UHGV virus genome: UHGV-0272092
Reading direction: 5' to 3' (one strand)
DNA: 37,793 nt
Origin: a virus
The translations under genes and the position numbers were made by a program. Each line of letters begins with the position of its first letter. Position 1 is the first letter of the stretch. Under the pieces are notes generated by a model. It did not search any database. It saw only the letters and a program-made list of their open reading frames with translations, and was not told where the DNA came from. This document shows, one piece after another, positions 1-8,704 of the stretch.

Positions 1-1
1 A

Positions 2-205
2 CTGTCATGGAGCACTATCGACCGTATGGAGCGCGCAGGGGAATTTCCTAAACGCTGGTATATCACCGATAAACGCTGCGCATGGAACCGTGATGAAGTT
101 GAGCGTTGGCTTGATGAACGTCAGGCAGCAAGCCCGGCAGAGTTCCAGGGTAAAAAGCCTCCTGTTCAGCAACGTGTATATCGTCCCGTGAGCAACGCTG
201 CATGA
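2..205 (+). CDS. AlpA-family DNA-binding protein (putative excisionase/regulator), 5'-truncated by window edge
   Basis: Frame 2 translates to ...STIDRMERAGEFPKRWYITDKRCAWNRDEVERWLDER..., matching the AlpA pattern (S-T-I-x-R...G-x-F-P-K...W...EV..W). Stop TGA at 203-205. Not in the ORF track because it lacks a start in the window. Confidence 0.5.
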   Translation: MSWSTIDRMERAGEFPKRWYITDKRCAWNRDEVERWLDERQAASPAEFQGKKPPVQQRVYRPVSNAA

Positions 206-344
206 GTGCGCTGCTAAGGCACTGGAGCAAATGGTCAGGATGGTACTTATTCCTGGCCTCTGTTTCAGCATGGCTTTATCTGCTGGCATTAATTTTCAGA
301 GAGGGTTGGATTAAGTGAGAAAGTTAAGCCGACTTGAAAAATAT

Positions 345-614
345 CACATGAATAAGGTTTCAATGCGCAGTCCGTCAAAGATTGTCGCCGTTACTCCTGC
401 GGCGATAGAGATCGAAAAACGCGCGATTGAAAGAGAGAAAAAAGGGCAATTCCGCATTGCCGCTCACCTTTGGCTTCAGTGTATGGATGTTGCTTCTGGT
501 GATGTTGAACGTGCAAGGATCGCGGTTCGCAGGGACCAATGTATCACAAAAGGTAACGGCCTTCGCCGTGGCGACTATAGCGGCATAGGATGTTGTGGGG
601 TGGTTTATGACTAA
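345..614 (+). CDS. PerC-like small regulatory protein (start uncertain; ORF opens at 315 with GTG)
   Basis: Segment FRIAAHLWLQCMDVASGDVERARIAVRRDQCI resembles the PerC family core as I recall it. Stop overlaps the methyltransferase start (ATGA-type coupling). Confidence 0.4.
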   Translation, partial: HMNKVSMRSPSKIVAVTPAAIEIEKRAIEREKKGQFRIAAHLWLQCMDVASGDVERARIAVRRDQCITKGNGLRRGDYSGIGCCGVVYD

Positions 615-1257
615 GAAATACACACTAATCTATGCAGATCCACCCTGGGTATACCGGGACAAAGCCGCAGATGGTAATCGCGGTGCCGGTTTTAAATATC
701 CGGTTATGAGTGTGCTGGATATCTGCCGCCTTCCTGTGTGGGATTTGGCCGATGAAAACTGTCTGTTGGCCATGTGGTGGGTGCCAACACAACCACTCGA
801 AGCACTAAAAGTTGTTGAAGCCTGGGGATTCCGTCTGATGACGATGAAGGGCTTCACGTGGATAAAATGTGGTAGTCGACAACCAGATAAACTGGTTATG
901 GGTATGGGACACATGACTCGCGCCAATAGTGAAGATTGCCTGTTTGCGGTAAAGGGAAAACTACCTACGCGCATTAATGCAGGGATCGTTCAGTCATTTA
1001 CCGCACCGCGGCTTGAGCATTCAAGAAAGCCAGATATCGTTCGTGAAAAACTTGTGCAATTATTAGGCGATATTTCTCGCATTGAACTGTTCGCCCGCCA
1101 GACGTCTCATGGCTTTGATGTTTGGGGTAATCAGTGCGAAGACCCGGCAGTGCAACTACACCCTGGATACGCGTTGGATATTGGCGGATTAACAAATGCA
1201 TTCAGCAATGCTCCGCTGTCACCAACAGACATCCAGGGGCGGGAGCGTGCTGCATGA
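607..1257 (+). CDS. DNA N6-adenine methyltransferase, MT-A70 family
   Basis: DPPW catalytic motif (YADPPWVY) near the N-terminus; RBS GGGGTGG upstream of ATG 607. The track ORF opens at 595; 607 is preferred. Confidence 0.8.
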   Translation: MTKKYTLIYADPPWVYRDKAADGNRGAGFKYPVMSVLDICRLPVWDLADENCLLAMWWVPTQPLEALKVVEAWGFRLMTMKGFTWIKCGSRQPDKLVMGMGHMTRANSEDCLFAVKGKLPTRINAGIVQSFTAPRLEHSRKPDIVREKLVQLLGDISRIELFARQTSHGFDVWGNQCEDPAVQLHPGYALDIGGLTNAFSNAPLSPTDIQGRERAA

Positions 1258-1452
1258 ACAGGGCATCACCAGCAGATTTAAGAAAATGCCTTGAAACTGC
1301 AAGGCATGCTTGCACACAGCGGGATCAGGTTTGTTCCAATTCCCGCTGTCACTGATGCTGAATTTGCAACACTGTCAGCAATATTCGAAAACAAAATTGA
1401 ATCACTGGCAGCAGAAGCAGAGATGGAAGAAAATCAGCAGAACTATTAAACG

Positions 1453-2703
1453 TTATTCCCCCGCCATCCACTTCTCAAACTTCGACGGGGAGAACGGAAT
1501 CAGATCCGTATGCTCCCCGTCAATCCATGAATCAATCATATCGGCCCACTGCTGCAACATGTAGGCGCGCTGTCTGGCGTATTCCGCTTTGTTATATACG
1601 GCGCGCACACCTTTCTGCTCATGTGCCAGAGCCTTTTCAATCCAGTCTGAAGGATAACCAGCCTCATGCAACAACGTACTGGCTGTACGGCGCATATCAT
1701 GTACAGTGAAGTCCTGAATATGCTCACCATCTTCATTTATTATTTTCACCGTTCTGTCGATCAGAGAGTTCAGCGCGGCATTAGATAATGGCTTCCGGAA
1801 ATTGTAACGACCAGGAACCAGATATTCACTTCCACCAGCGCACATCTGCAACCCGACCAATATATCCTGTGCCTGTTTAGGCAGGTAAATAACGTGCGCC
1901 CGGCTTCCCTTCATGCGGTCTGGAGGAATTGTCCATGTCCATTTTTTAAAATCTATTTCATCCCACGTTGCATTGGTGAATTCGCCCTTACGAACCATAG
2001 TGATAAGCACCAGTTTTAAAGCCATTTTCATAGTGCCCATAGCACCAATGGCATCCAGCGTGCGGAAGAACAGGCCAATTTCTTCTGGTGCCAGTGTTCG
2101 CTCTCGTGGTTTAAATATGGCGATAGACGAAGGTTTAATGTCAGCCGCAGGATTAAACAAACCATGACCACGGTCATTGGCGTGACGGTATACGCTACTG
2201 ATGATCTCCCTGGCCTGCACTGCTGTTGCCCGGCCACCGCGTTCGACAATCCGGTCACACAAATCACGAACCATCGATGTGGTAATTTCAGCCATCATTT
2301 TATTGCCAAGAACCGGAAGTATGTCACGGTCGATCACCGCCTGTTTCATTGCGCGGGTACTGTCAGCCAGGATGACGTGTTTCATATAACTGTCGGTATG
2401 TACCGCAAACGTCTCGGCACCACGAATCTTTTTGATACCGTCACGTTTAGCCGCAGCCGGTGACTGGCCTGCTTTAAGCAGCTTCTTTGCAGCAATCAGT
2501 TCTTCTCGCGCTTCTGCCAGGCTGATACCGTCACGCCCATACTGCCCGATTACCAGTGTTTCGCGGCGACCGTTGATACGGTAGTCATAGCGAAACGAGA
2601 CCGTGCCTGACGTAAGCACAGCTACATACAGCCCGTCACGATCGGAGACCTTGTACAGTTTGTCCTGCGGCTTGAGGTTTTTTAATTTTGTATCGGTAAG
2701 CAC
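1453..2703 (-). CDS. int: tyrosine integrase (P4-type, DUF4102-like N-terminus)
   Basis: 416 aa; C-terminal catalytic region HDMRRTASTLLHEAGYPSDWIEKALAH typical of phage integrases. Confidence 0.9.
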   Translation of the reverse strand: MLTDTKLKNLKPQDKLYKVSDRDGLYVAVLTSGTVSFRYDYRINGRRETLVIGQYGRDGISLAEAREELIAAKKLLKAGQSPAAAKRDGIKKIRGAETFAVHTDSYMKHVILADSTRAMKQAVIDRDILPVLGNKMMAEITTSMVRDLCDRIVERGGRATAVQAREIISSVYRHANDRGHGLFNPAADIKPSSIAIFKPRERTLAPEEIGLFFRTLDAIGAMGTMKMALKLVLITMVRKGEFTNATWDEIDFKKWTWTIPPDRMKGSRAHVIYLPKQAQDILVGLQMCAGGSEYLVPGRYNFRKPLSNAALNSLIDRTVKIINEDGEHIQDFTVHDMRRTASTLLHEAGYPSDWIEKALAHEQKGVRAVYNKAEYARQRAYMLQQWADMIDSWIDGEHTDLIPFSPSKFEKWMAGE

Positions 2704-2745
2704 AATTCACCCGTATAGAAACCATTTTCATGACGGTATGAGAGT

Positions 2746-2760
2746 ATACCTTTAAGGTAA
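2746..2760. promoter_or_regulatory. operator-like palindrome ATACCTTTAAGGTAA about 45 bp upstream of int start, nested inside inverted repeat TGACGGTAT(2730-2738)/ATACCGTCA(2759-2767)
   Basis: Member of the TTACC-N5-GGTAA family found at OR/OL; read directly from sequence. Confidence 0.5.
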
Positions 2761-2825
2761 TACCGTCACCTGTACCGACGAAAAATATGGTGTATAGTGA
2801 ATAGAAATGAATACATAAAAACAAA

Positions 2826-2849
2826 AACCCTCTGTTTTTACAGAGGGTT
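2826..2849 (-). terminator. rho-independent terminator at the end of the late/lysis operon
   Basis: Stem AACCCTCTG / CAGAGGGTT with a 6-nt loop; on the minus strand it is followed by TTTTGTTTTT. Confidence 0.6.
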
Positions 2850-3020
2850 AAATTAGTATCTGAATAGGAATGAGTTGCTATGAGTTAGCTGTTAATCATT
2901 CCCACTCAATTATTTACGATAACCATAACCAATTGAGTGATAACATTTTTCCAAATCTCAATTTTTCCCGTACCGTTTTATATACCGTCACCGGAAATCA
3001 GTACCATGAAAAATGCCATG

Positions 3021-3503
3021 CTATCTGGTCAAAGTGTCGTACTGTTTTTCGCAGACTCTTCCGGCTTCGGCTGCCCGGTCAGCATACTCTGCCAGTTGTC
3101 TGTTTCTCTCGAGAGATTTGCTGAGCACGTCGGCAAGCAAAACTCCGGTGTCTGCGGCTGACGACCCAGCGCCGACAATGGCGTTATACTGCCTGAGCTG
3201 CTCACGGATGGCAAAGAGTTGTTGCTGCAACCGGCCAGCGCTAGCGGCAGCATCAAGAGCATCATTGCGCGCCTGGTCGATCCTCTGCTGAGCTTCACGT
3301 TCATTGGTCACTTTCTCCTGTTCGTAGTACTGACGAACTTTGTCTTCTTCGGCTTTGCGGTCTTCTTCCGCCTGAGCATACCCGGCATCGTACTGGCGAC
3401 TGCCGTGTATATTCCAGGCAACCACTCCTGATATGACCAGAACAGCAAGCACTGCCACGATAAGAAACTGTTTCCAGTATGCTTTTACGAATGCCCAGAT
3501 CAT
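3021..3503 (-). CDS. Rz-like i-spanin
   Basis: N-terminal transmembrane helix ([18 protein letters not shown]) followed by a charged coiled-coil region; directly downstream of the endolysin with overlapping start/stop. Confidence 0.7.
   Translation of the reverse strand: MIWAFVKAYWKQFLIVAVLAVLVISGVVAWNIHGSRQYDAGYAQAEEDRKAEEDKVRQYYEQEKVTNEREAQQRIDQARNDALDAAASAGRLQQQLFAIREQLRQYNAIVGAGSSAADTGVLLADVLSKSLERNRQLAEYADRAAEAGRVCEKQYDTLTR
3029..3265 (-). CDS. Rz1-like o-spanin lipoprotein, embedded in Rz in an alternate frame
   Basis: Lipobox LPLALAGC followed by a Pro/Ser-rich region, fully nested in the Rz gene. Start taken at MMLLML; the track ORF opens at 3304. Confidence 0.6.
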   Translation of the reverse strand: MMLLMLPLALAGCSNNSLPSVSSSGSITPLSALGRQPQTPEFCLPTCSANLSRETDNWQSMLTGQPKPEESAKNSTTL

Positions 3504-4129
3504 ACCGCCAGCACCTTACTGGCAGTGATGTACCGCGCTCGCCGGTCGTCGATGCCGTTCCGGCCACCATTGATAATCAGAGTTACACGTGCAATATCGC
3601 CGGTATACTTCATGCATCCTTTGCTGGCGAAGAACCACGCCGCGCTACGAGCCGCATATTCGTCCTGCGCCAGCAGTTCAGGGCTCTCCAGCAGGTTAAC
3701 CTTCAGACCGTTTCCGCAATCACGATAGTTATTCAAACCGGTAATCTGGATAAGTCCGCGCCCTCGGTAATTCCAGCCATCACCAGGGGCATTGTTCCCC
3801 ATGCGTTTGCTGTATACCAGATTTGCGATCGCGCGCTGGCGCTCAAGTGGCAATGGTGGTTCACCAGCACGGCGCCCCAGTGCATTAGCCTGCCCCTGAG
3901 TGAGACGCCCAGCCCGAACGAAGTTAGCCAGTCCGCTGACACTGTAGTTGAAATTCTCCTGCAACCTGGTGAAGCCCCCAGACTCATGCCCGACTTGAGC
4001 AATAAACATTGCCTGATCTTCTGCTTTGCTGATACCAAACTCTTTCATCGCAGAAGTTATATGCGAGAACCAGCGTGCGGCCAGTGCCTCGCTGATACCA
4101 GCAGCTCGCTGGAATTGTTTAATCTCCAT
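3500..4129 (-). CDS. endolysin, glycoside hydrolase family 19 (chitinase-like lysozyme)
   Basis: Motifs [12 protein letters not shown] and [11 protein letters not shown]; start moved to MEIKQ (ATG at 4129), which abuts the stop of the upstream membrane-protein gene. Track ORF extends to 4294. Confidence 0.85.
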   Translation of the reverse strand: MEIKQFQRAAGISEALAARWFSHITSAMKEFGISKAEDQAMFIAQVGHESGGFTRLQENFNYSVSGLANFVRAGRLTQGQANALGRRAGEPPLPLERQRAIANLVYSKRMGNNAPGDGWNYRGRGLIQITGLNNYRDCGNGLKVNLLESPELLAQDEYAARSAAWFFASKGCMKYTGDIARVTLIINGGRNGIDDRRARYITASKVLAV

Positions 4130-4427
4130 GTTTAGACCTCGATACTTTAAAAATTTGAACGACGTTACCGCGCGTTTTAATAACCGCAGCCAGCATGACA
4201 GCGTTGATAATGACCTCAGATAAATCCACAGCCATTGGCGTACGTAACCAGATTGCATAGGCGACTCGAACAGGAATACTGGCCGCAGCAACAATCAGGA
4301 AATAAGCAAGCCATCCTCCCCACCTTCGATGTTGAGAGCCGTTACGCCGGAATGTGACAACGCGAATTGCTATGCCAGTGCAAATAACTGCATTGGTGAT
4401 AAGCAAAAAAAACTCATGCGTTACCAT
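4119..4427 (-). CDS. holin-like small membrane protein (three predicted TM segments, charged C-terminus)
   Basis: Hydrophobic segments [43 protein letters not shown]; sits immediately upstream of the endolysin. Confidence 0.5.
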   Translation of the reverse strand: MVTHEFFLLITNAVICTGIAIRVVTFRRNGSQHRRWGGWLAYFLIVAAASIPVRVAYAIWLRTPMAVDLSEVIINAVMLAAVIKTRGNVVQIFKVSRSKHGD

Positions 4428-4818
4428 CGTCTTTTCTCCCCGGAATTAACTCGCGTGGATTATCGGAACGGTGATAGAGCCATATACCAATACGCACAGC
4501 GACAATTGCTGACACGAATGCGCCTGCAGAGAAAACAATCCCTTTTTCAAAAGAGTCCTGCGTGATGGTAGGGATCAGGCTGGCTATGCCGATAAGAATT
4601 GATGCTGCTGGTTTGTAAAAGAGAAGGCCGCAAAGAAAGCTGAGCATCGACAGGAGCACCCGGCGACGGATGGGGTACTCTACTGCAGAGGTAACAAAAA
4701 TTACCGCCCCAGCCAAAGCCCCTAAAGCAACCTCCGGAGGGGCACCTGCAATAACCGCAGCAAGAGAACTAAAACTAAGCAACTGATTTAATTGCTCACT
4801 TGTTACTTGAGCAGACAT
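4414..4818 (-). CDS. holin-like membrane protein (3-4 TM segments, charged C-terminal tail)
   Basis: Several hydrophobic helices and C-terminal [19 protein letters not shown]; first gene of the lysis cassette. Confidence 0.5.
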   Translation of the reverse strand: MSAQVTSEQLNQLLSFSSLAAVIAGAPPEVALGALAGAVIFVTSAVEYPIRRRVLLSMLSFLCGLLFYKPAASILIGIASLIPTITQDSFEKGIVFSAGAFVSAIVAVRIGIWLYHRSDNPRELIPGRKDDGNA

Positions 4819-4878
4819 ACTTTCTCCTGTTTACTATCTATAAGCCAGTCAATTATTGATGACTAAACCCGCATAGTA

Positions 4879-4889
4879 AACCATATATG
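4879..4889 (-). promoter_or_regulatory. conserved element AACCATATATG (late-promoter-like), about 60 bp upstream of the lysis cassette
   Basis: One mismatch to AACCACATATG at 8309 and 24915, each at a similar distance upstream of a minus-strand operon start. Confidence 0.4.
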
Positions 4890-5099
4890 AATCATTATTG
4901 TTCCATATCATATATCTCAATAAAAGTACTAATGATTTTACAGAACGAGCCAGCAGAGTGGGGGCAGTTGTACAGGAACCATAGACTTAATTTTGTATTT
5001 AATAATGCTATGGTGTAATAAACCTGAACATGTATTTAAAATACGTACTGATTCATGATAGAATTCAAAGATAACTTTTCACAAACTCCGTTTTTGATA

Positions 5100-5126
5100 C
5101 CCGCAAAATATTGCGGGCTTTTTTTT
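5100..5126 (+). terminator. plus-strand intrinsic-terminator-like hairpin overlapping the tailspike stop codon
   Basis: CCCGCAA-AATA-TTGCGGG followed by C and eight T. No annotated plus-strand gene lies upstream. Confidence 0.5.
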
Positions 5127-8100
5127 AACGTTCTTCCAGAGACTGAATCCGCTCTTTTATCTTATCCATTTCTCTGCGCTGCCATGCTGCCTCGATATAG
5201 AATAAGAGATCAGGTCTGACCCCCCATCTAGATCCTGCTGGCGTTATTTCAACGCGCTCAATGATGTCTTCCATTACCATCACTGGATTATCATCCTCAT
5301 CAACAATGATGCTCCCGTCATTATCAGTCAGCGGCATTTCCCTTTGGCCAGTAATGACGTCATCATATACTGCGGGATAATCGTCATAGCAAAGAAAGGC
5401 ATAGCGGCATGTTGTGCTTTCTTCTTCCATGAGTCCGTGAGAAATAAGAACATCACGAAGTTGCTGCGCGATTACACCATGATGTATCCTCGCCCCTTCT
5501 TCCCCCTTTATAGCGACAGCGTTCAGCCATTTATAAGCGATATACCTGACGTCACCCCAGGCATCCAGCAATGCTTCGTCAGGAGAGACCGGCTCTGTCT
5601 TTAATGTTCCGTCACTGGTAACCACAGGATTGGAGCCAAGATAAACTGTCGAGAACCTGTTTCCCGGACCACCAAGAGCATTTACATTATCAAGATAAGG
5701 TTTAACATCTCCGTTCTCAAAAAGATGTTCGAGTGCGTTATATACCGCGCGACGTGGAGTACTGCTTCCGGAACCATGCAACGTTATCATTGCACCATCT
5801 GCTGAAGACGTTATTTCACCGCCGCTAACGATTAATCTCTGAGCGGTAACATCATCAGACGGTACTTTCTTCGCAATAATGGCGTAATTACCCTCAAGTT
5901 TGACTTCCGCGCGAACTTGTCCTGATGTACCTGCATGGACAGTCAGTGACTGGACGGCAACATCATCTGTGAAATCAACGGGTACAGGAACCGTCCTCAC
6001 GCCTGACGTCGACATAAAAGTAGGAAGCGTTCTGTTAGGAGTGGCTCCGTAGACAAAATCCCTTGAAACAAATTCTTCCTGTTTAATTTTCACCCTGAAA
6101 CAATACAAATCAGCCGGGTGACCATCGTGAACATAAGGATATTTTCTGTTGTTATCCCCTATGCTCCATGGGTTTAGAAAGTCTTCCCCACCGAAAATGT
6201 AGTACAGCCAGTTGTCTTTGATACAAACTGAACCAACACCAACTGCAGAGTTAACTATTCCGCCCTGATAAATCTGATCAGTAACATTAACCCACTCTAC
6301 ATTATCCAGACTCCACTCATTGACGTTAACTCTGGTCATAAATGTTCTTGGATAATTTCCTGCATAACGGTTATCAGGTTCTCCTCCTTCCCACTCACCA
6401 AATGCGCGCTCACTGCCAAAAATAATCAGCTCATCGCCAACTTTGGCAAAAGGAAGGTTTGAGTGATGAACATTATTTGGGAAGCGAAGAGAATTCCATG
6501 ATGTACCTAAATCAGAGCTTCTGTGCAATGAACTACCGGGTTGAGTACTTAATGTCCCCCTGGTCGTCAGATACAGAATGCCATCATAATATTTTACACA
6601 TGGCTCAGATGCATTCGCCTCATATTCTGCAGGTATGCGTCTGCGAACAAAGCTACCAGGAGAACCGAAAGCATCAGAGAAATAGAGTATCCCAAGCTCG
6701 CGTGGACCAATATCACCATTATGGTAGCCAACAGCAAAACTGTTATCGCTAATCGTCGCAAAACTGTGAATCTCAGTAACAGGAGTGCTTCCGTCAACAA
6801 AAGAAGGAATAGTTCCAAGACTGGTTTTTCTCCATGGTGACGAGTGAAATGATGTACCAAAACTCCAGTATCTACCCTCGTTATTCTGATCCACATCCTG
6901 GGTATTTTGCGTCGTAACTGTAAAAGTATTTTTATCAATAACAGTAGTCACCGTCATATTCCCGGTAACACCTGTAACACCAGAGTTTGAGAAGTTGACA
7001 AAATCACCAGCAAATAATCCGTGATCAGTAATGCGAATATAAGCGACTTGCTGATTTGCTGCTTTCGTTATACCACCATAAGCGCGAAGGCTGCGACTCA
7101 TTGGGCGATCCCACAACTCTGCAACCTGCAGTTTATTTCCGCTCACGGTCCGCGTCTCAATTACAGCAAAAAGGCGATTTCTGACAACCCCCATACTCAT
7201 GCAGTGATAGTTAACTGTGGGATAGTTTTCATGTAAATCTGTAAGCCATTCCGGCGTTGTCCAGGTCTTCCCGTCATCTCCTGAGCGAACCCATGCAACA
7301 TGGAGGTTATTTACACCATGGCGGTCTCCAGCCATAAAAGGCGCATAGATGACATTGTCATATACAAACGTTTTATCCTGCGTCCAGGCGTTGTACCACG
7401 GTGTATCTGTAATTTTAAATAACTCTCCCTGGATAAAATCTTCAGAAGCATAAAAAAGAGGCTGGCCCGGTATTCTCTCAAATAAAAAACGAGCATTTTT
7501 AAATCGACTGACATCCGGAAGAGTTGATACTTTAAAAGTAAGCCCTAATCCGTCAATTTTATAACCTGGAGATGAGGCTTCAAGGCACGCGCTTATTGCA
7601 GTGGAATCGTCATTTATACCATCACCAACAGCTCCAAAATCTTTGGGGCTAATAGCATCACGCATTTTATCCTGGAACGTTCGGTACACAGCCCCAGAAC
7701 CATACTGAATAAACCAACCAAAACCACCAACAACCCCGGCGATTGCAGCATCGACATAATTACGCATTGAGCGATTATTTACAGCGTCCTGCTCAAATGA
7801 TGGATCTGCAAGGTTAGAAATTTTGTTTTGCTTTGCATCGTAATATTTTGCAAGCAAAGATGGTTTCATCAATGCACGTCTGAACCACCCAAAACATTGC
7901 TGGATCAGCATCGTCAGGTAGTCAAAGGCATCTTCATGCACTTCGGGGAAAAATTTTCCCTGATTGCGAAGGTCTGTCTCCTGCACTACATCAAGCACAC
8001 GATCTATCGTAATTCGCCATCCAGTAGCAAGCGGAGACGGAAGAACCACAGAACCGCCACTATAAGTGCCCGCCCCAGTTACCGTATAACCGGTATCCAG

Positions 8101-8244
8101 AACCAATTCTGTTACGTTTCCGTTCAGGTCAGACACCTGAACAACCAGGTCTGATTTTCTGAAAATTCGAAAAGTATACGGAAACGATGTCGTAACGCCG
8201 TTACCGGTGTATTCGTTGTGGTCAACTTCGGTTGAGACCGTCAT
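5125..8244 (-). CDS. tailspike / tail fibre protein (1039 aa), probable polysaccharide depolymerase with C-terminal chaperone-like domain
   Basis: Size, position as last virion gene, and a C-terminal segment (GVIAQQLRDVL...) reminiscent of intramolecular chaperone domains of tailspikes. Confidence 0.7.
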   Translation of the reverse strand: MTVSTEVDHNEYTGNGVTTSFPYTFRIFRKSDLVVQVSDLNGNVTELVLDTGYTVTGAGTYSGGSVVLPSPLATGWRITIDRVLDVVQETDLRNQGKFFPEVHEDAFDYLTMLIQQCFGWFRRALMKPSLLAKYYDAKQNKISNLADPSFEQDAVNNRSMRNYVDAAIAGVVGGFGWFIQYGSGAVYRTFQDKMRDAISPKDFGAVGDGINDDSTAISACLEASSPGYKIDGLGLTFKVSTLPDVSRFKNARFLFERIPGQPLFYASEDFIQGELFKITDTPWYNAWTQDKTFVYDNVIYAPFMAGDRHGVNNLHVAWVRSGDDGKTWTTPEWLTDLHENYPTVNYHCMSMGVVRNRLFAVIETRTVSGNKLQVAELWDRPMSRSLRAYGGITKAANQQVAYIRITDHGLFAGDFVNFSNSGVTGVTGNMTVTTVIDKNTFTVTTQNTQDVDQNNEGRYWSFGTSFHSSPWRKTSLGTIPSFVDGSTPVTEIHSFATISDNSFAVGYHNGDIGPRELGILYFSDAFGSPGSFVRRRIPAEYEANASEPCVKYYDGILYLTTRGTLSTQPGSSLHRSSDLGTSWNSLRFPNNVHHSNLPFAKVGDELIIFGSERAFGEWEGGEPDNRYAGNYPRTFMTRVNVNEWSLDNVEWVNVTDQIYQGGIVNSAVGVGSVCIKDNWLYYIFGGEDFLNPWSIGDNNRKYPYVHDGHPADLYCFRVKIKQEEFVSRDFVYGATPNRTLPTFMSTSGVRTVPVPVDFTDDVAVQSLTVHAGTSGQVRAEVKLEGNYAIIAKKVPSDDVTAQRLIVSGGEITSSADGAMITLHGSGSSTPRRAVYNALEHLFENGDVKPYLDNVNALGGPGNRFSTVYLGSNPVVTSDGTLKTEPVSPDEALLDAWGDVRYIAYKWLNAVAIKGEEGARIHHGVIAQQLRDVLISHGLMEEESTTCRYAFLCYDDYPAVYDDVITGQREMPLTDNDGSIIVDEDDNPVMVMEDIIERVEITPAGSRWGVRPDLLFYIEAAWQRREMDKIKERIQSLEER

Positions 8245-8308
8245 GTTAAATCTCCAGATAGTCGCAGCACCCGTTGCGCCGCATATCTGGTTATTCTATT
8301 ACCTGGAA

Positions 8309-8319
8309 AACCACATATG
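8309..8319 (-). promoter_or_regulatory. conserved element AACCACATATG upstream of the tailspike gene
   Basis: Identical 11-mer at 24915-24925; preceded by ATTACC-N5 in both copies. Confidence 0.45.
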
Positions 8320-8348
8320 GATAGAAAGGATGTAAATACGAATAGATA

Positions 8349-8363
8349 TTACCTTTCAGGTAA
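8349..8363. promoter_or_regulatory. operator-like palindrome TTACCTTTCAGGTAA
   Basis: Perfect 15-bp palindrome, identical to the copy at 24967-24981. Confidence 0.55.
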
Positions 8364-8400
8364 TTTGCAAAACGTGCTGGATAGCAAACAAATTATTTGA

Positions 8401-8420
8401 TACTGTATAAATATACAGTT
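8401..8420. promoter_or_regulatory. LexA (SOS) box TACTGTATAAATATACAGTT
   Basis: CTGT-N8-ACAG with AT-rich centre, 18 of 20 matches to consensus TACTGTATATATATACAGTA. It occupies the spacer between a possible -35 TTGATA (8397-8402) and a weak -10. Confidence 0.7.
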
Positions 8421-8439
8421 ATTGCATGGAGAAGATAAG

Positions 8440-8697
8440 ATGCAGCAGTATCACTATCCACTGGAAGACGGATTTACCGAAAGGATTCACACGCCGGGAG
8501 GCGTCAGGTCACTGGTGGAGGGATCGCACTTGATGAAATTACTCCGGGATCTCGATAAGGATGGATTTAATGTCGATGGCCCACTTGCCGAACTGACTGC
8601 ACTGATTAACTACGTCACCAGCTCACAGATGTCTATGCAGGATCTGCAAACACATCTCGACTATTGTGCCGAACAATTACGAAAACAAACCCGGTAA
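8440..8697 (+). CDS. small LexA-controlled protein (85 aa), candidate antirepressor
   Basis: ATG 8440 with RBS GGAG 8 nt upstream. Plus-strand gene embedded between minus-strand tail genes, directly downstream of the LexA box. Confidence 0.55.
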   Translation: MQQYHYPLEDGFTERIHTPGGVRSLVEGSHLMKLLRDLDKDGFNVDGPLAELTALINYVTSSQMSMQDLQTHLDYCAEQLRKQTR

Positions 8698-8704
8698 ATT
8701 TAAA

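Noticed and set aside
5-289. Minus-strand 94-aa ORF at the window start
   Set aside because: No RBS and an odd composition; the plus-strand frame over the same bases gives a clean AlpA-family match, so the minus-strand ORF is treated as a shadow.
1258-1452. Short ORFs between the methyltransferase and the integrase 3' end (1134-1355, 1310-1564, and a 47-codon frame)
   Set aside because: Overlapping frames without RBS; the region is more likely non-coding and a possible att-site location.
3500-4294. Long form of the endolysin ORF (264 aa)
   Set aside because: The N-terminal 55 codons overlap the upstream membrane-protein gene and lack GH19-like sequence; the internal ATG at 4129 abuts the upstream stop codon.
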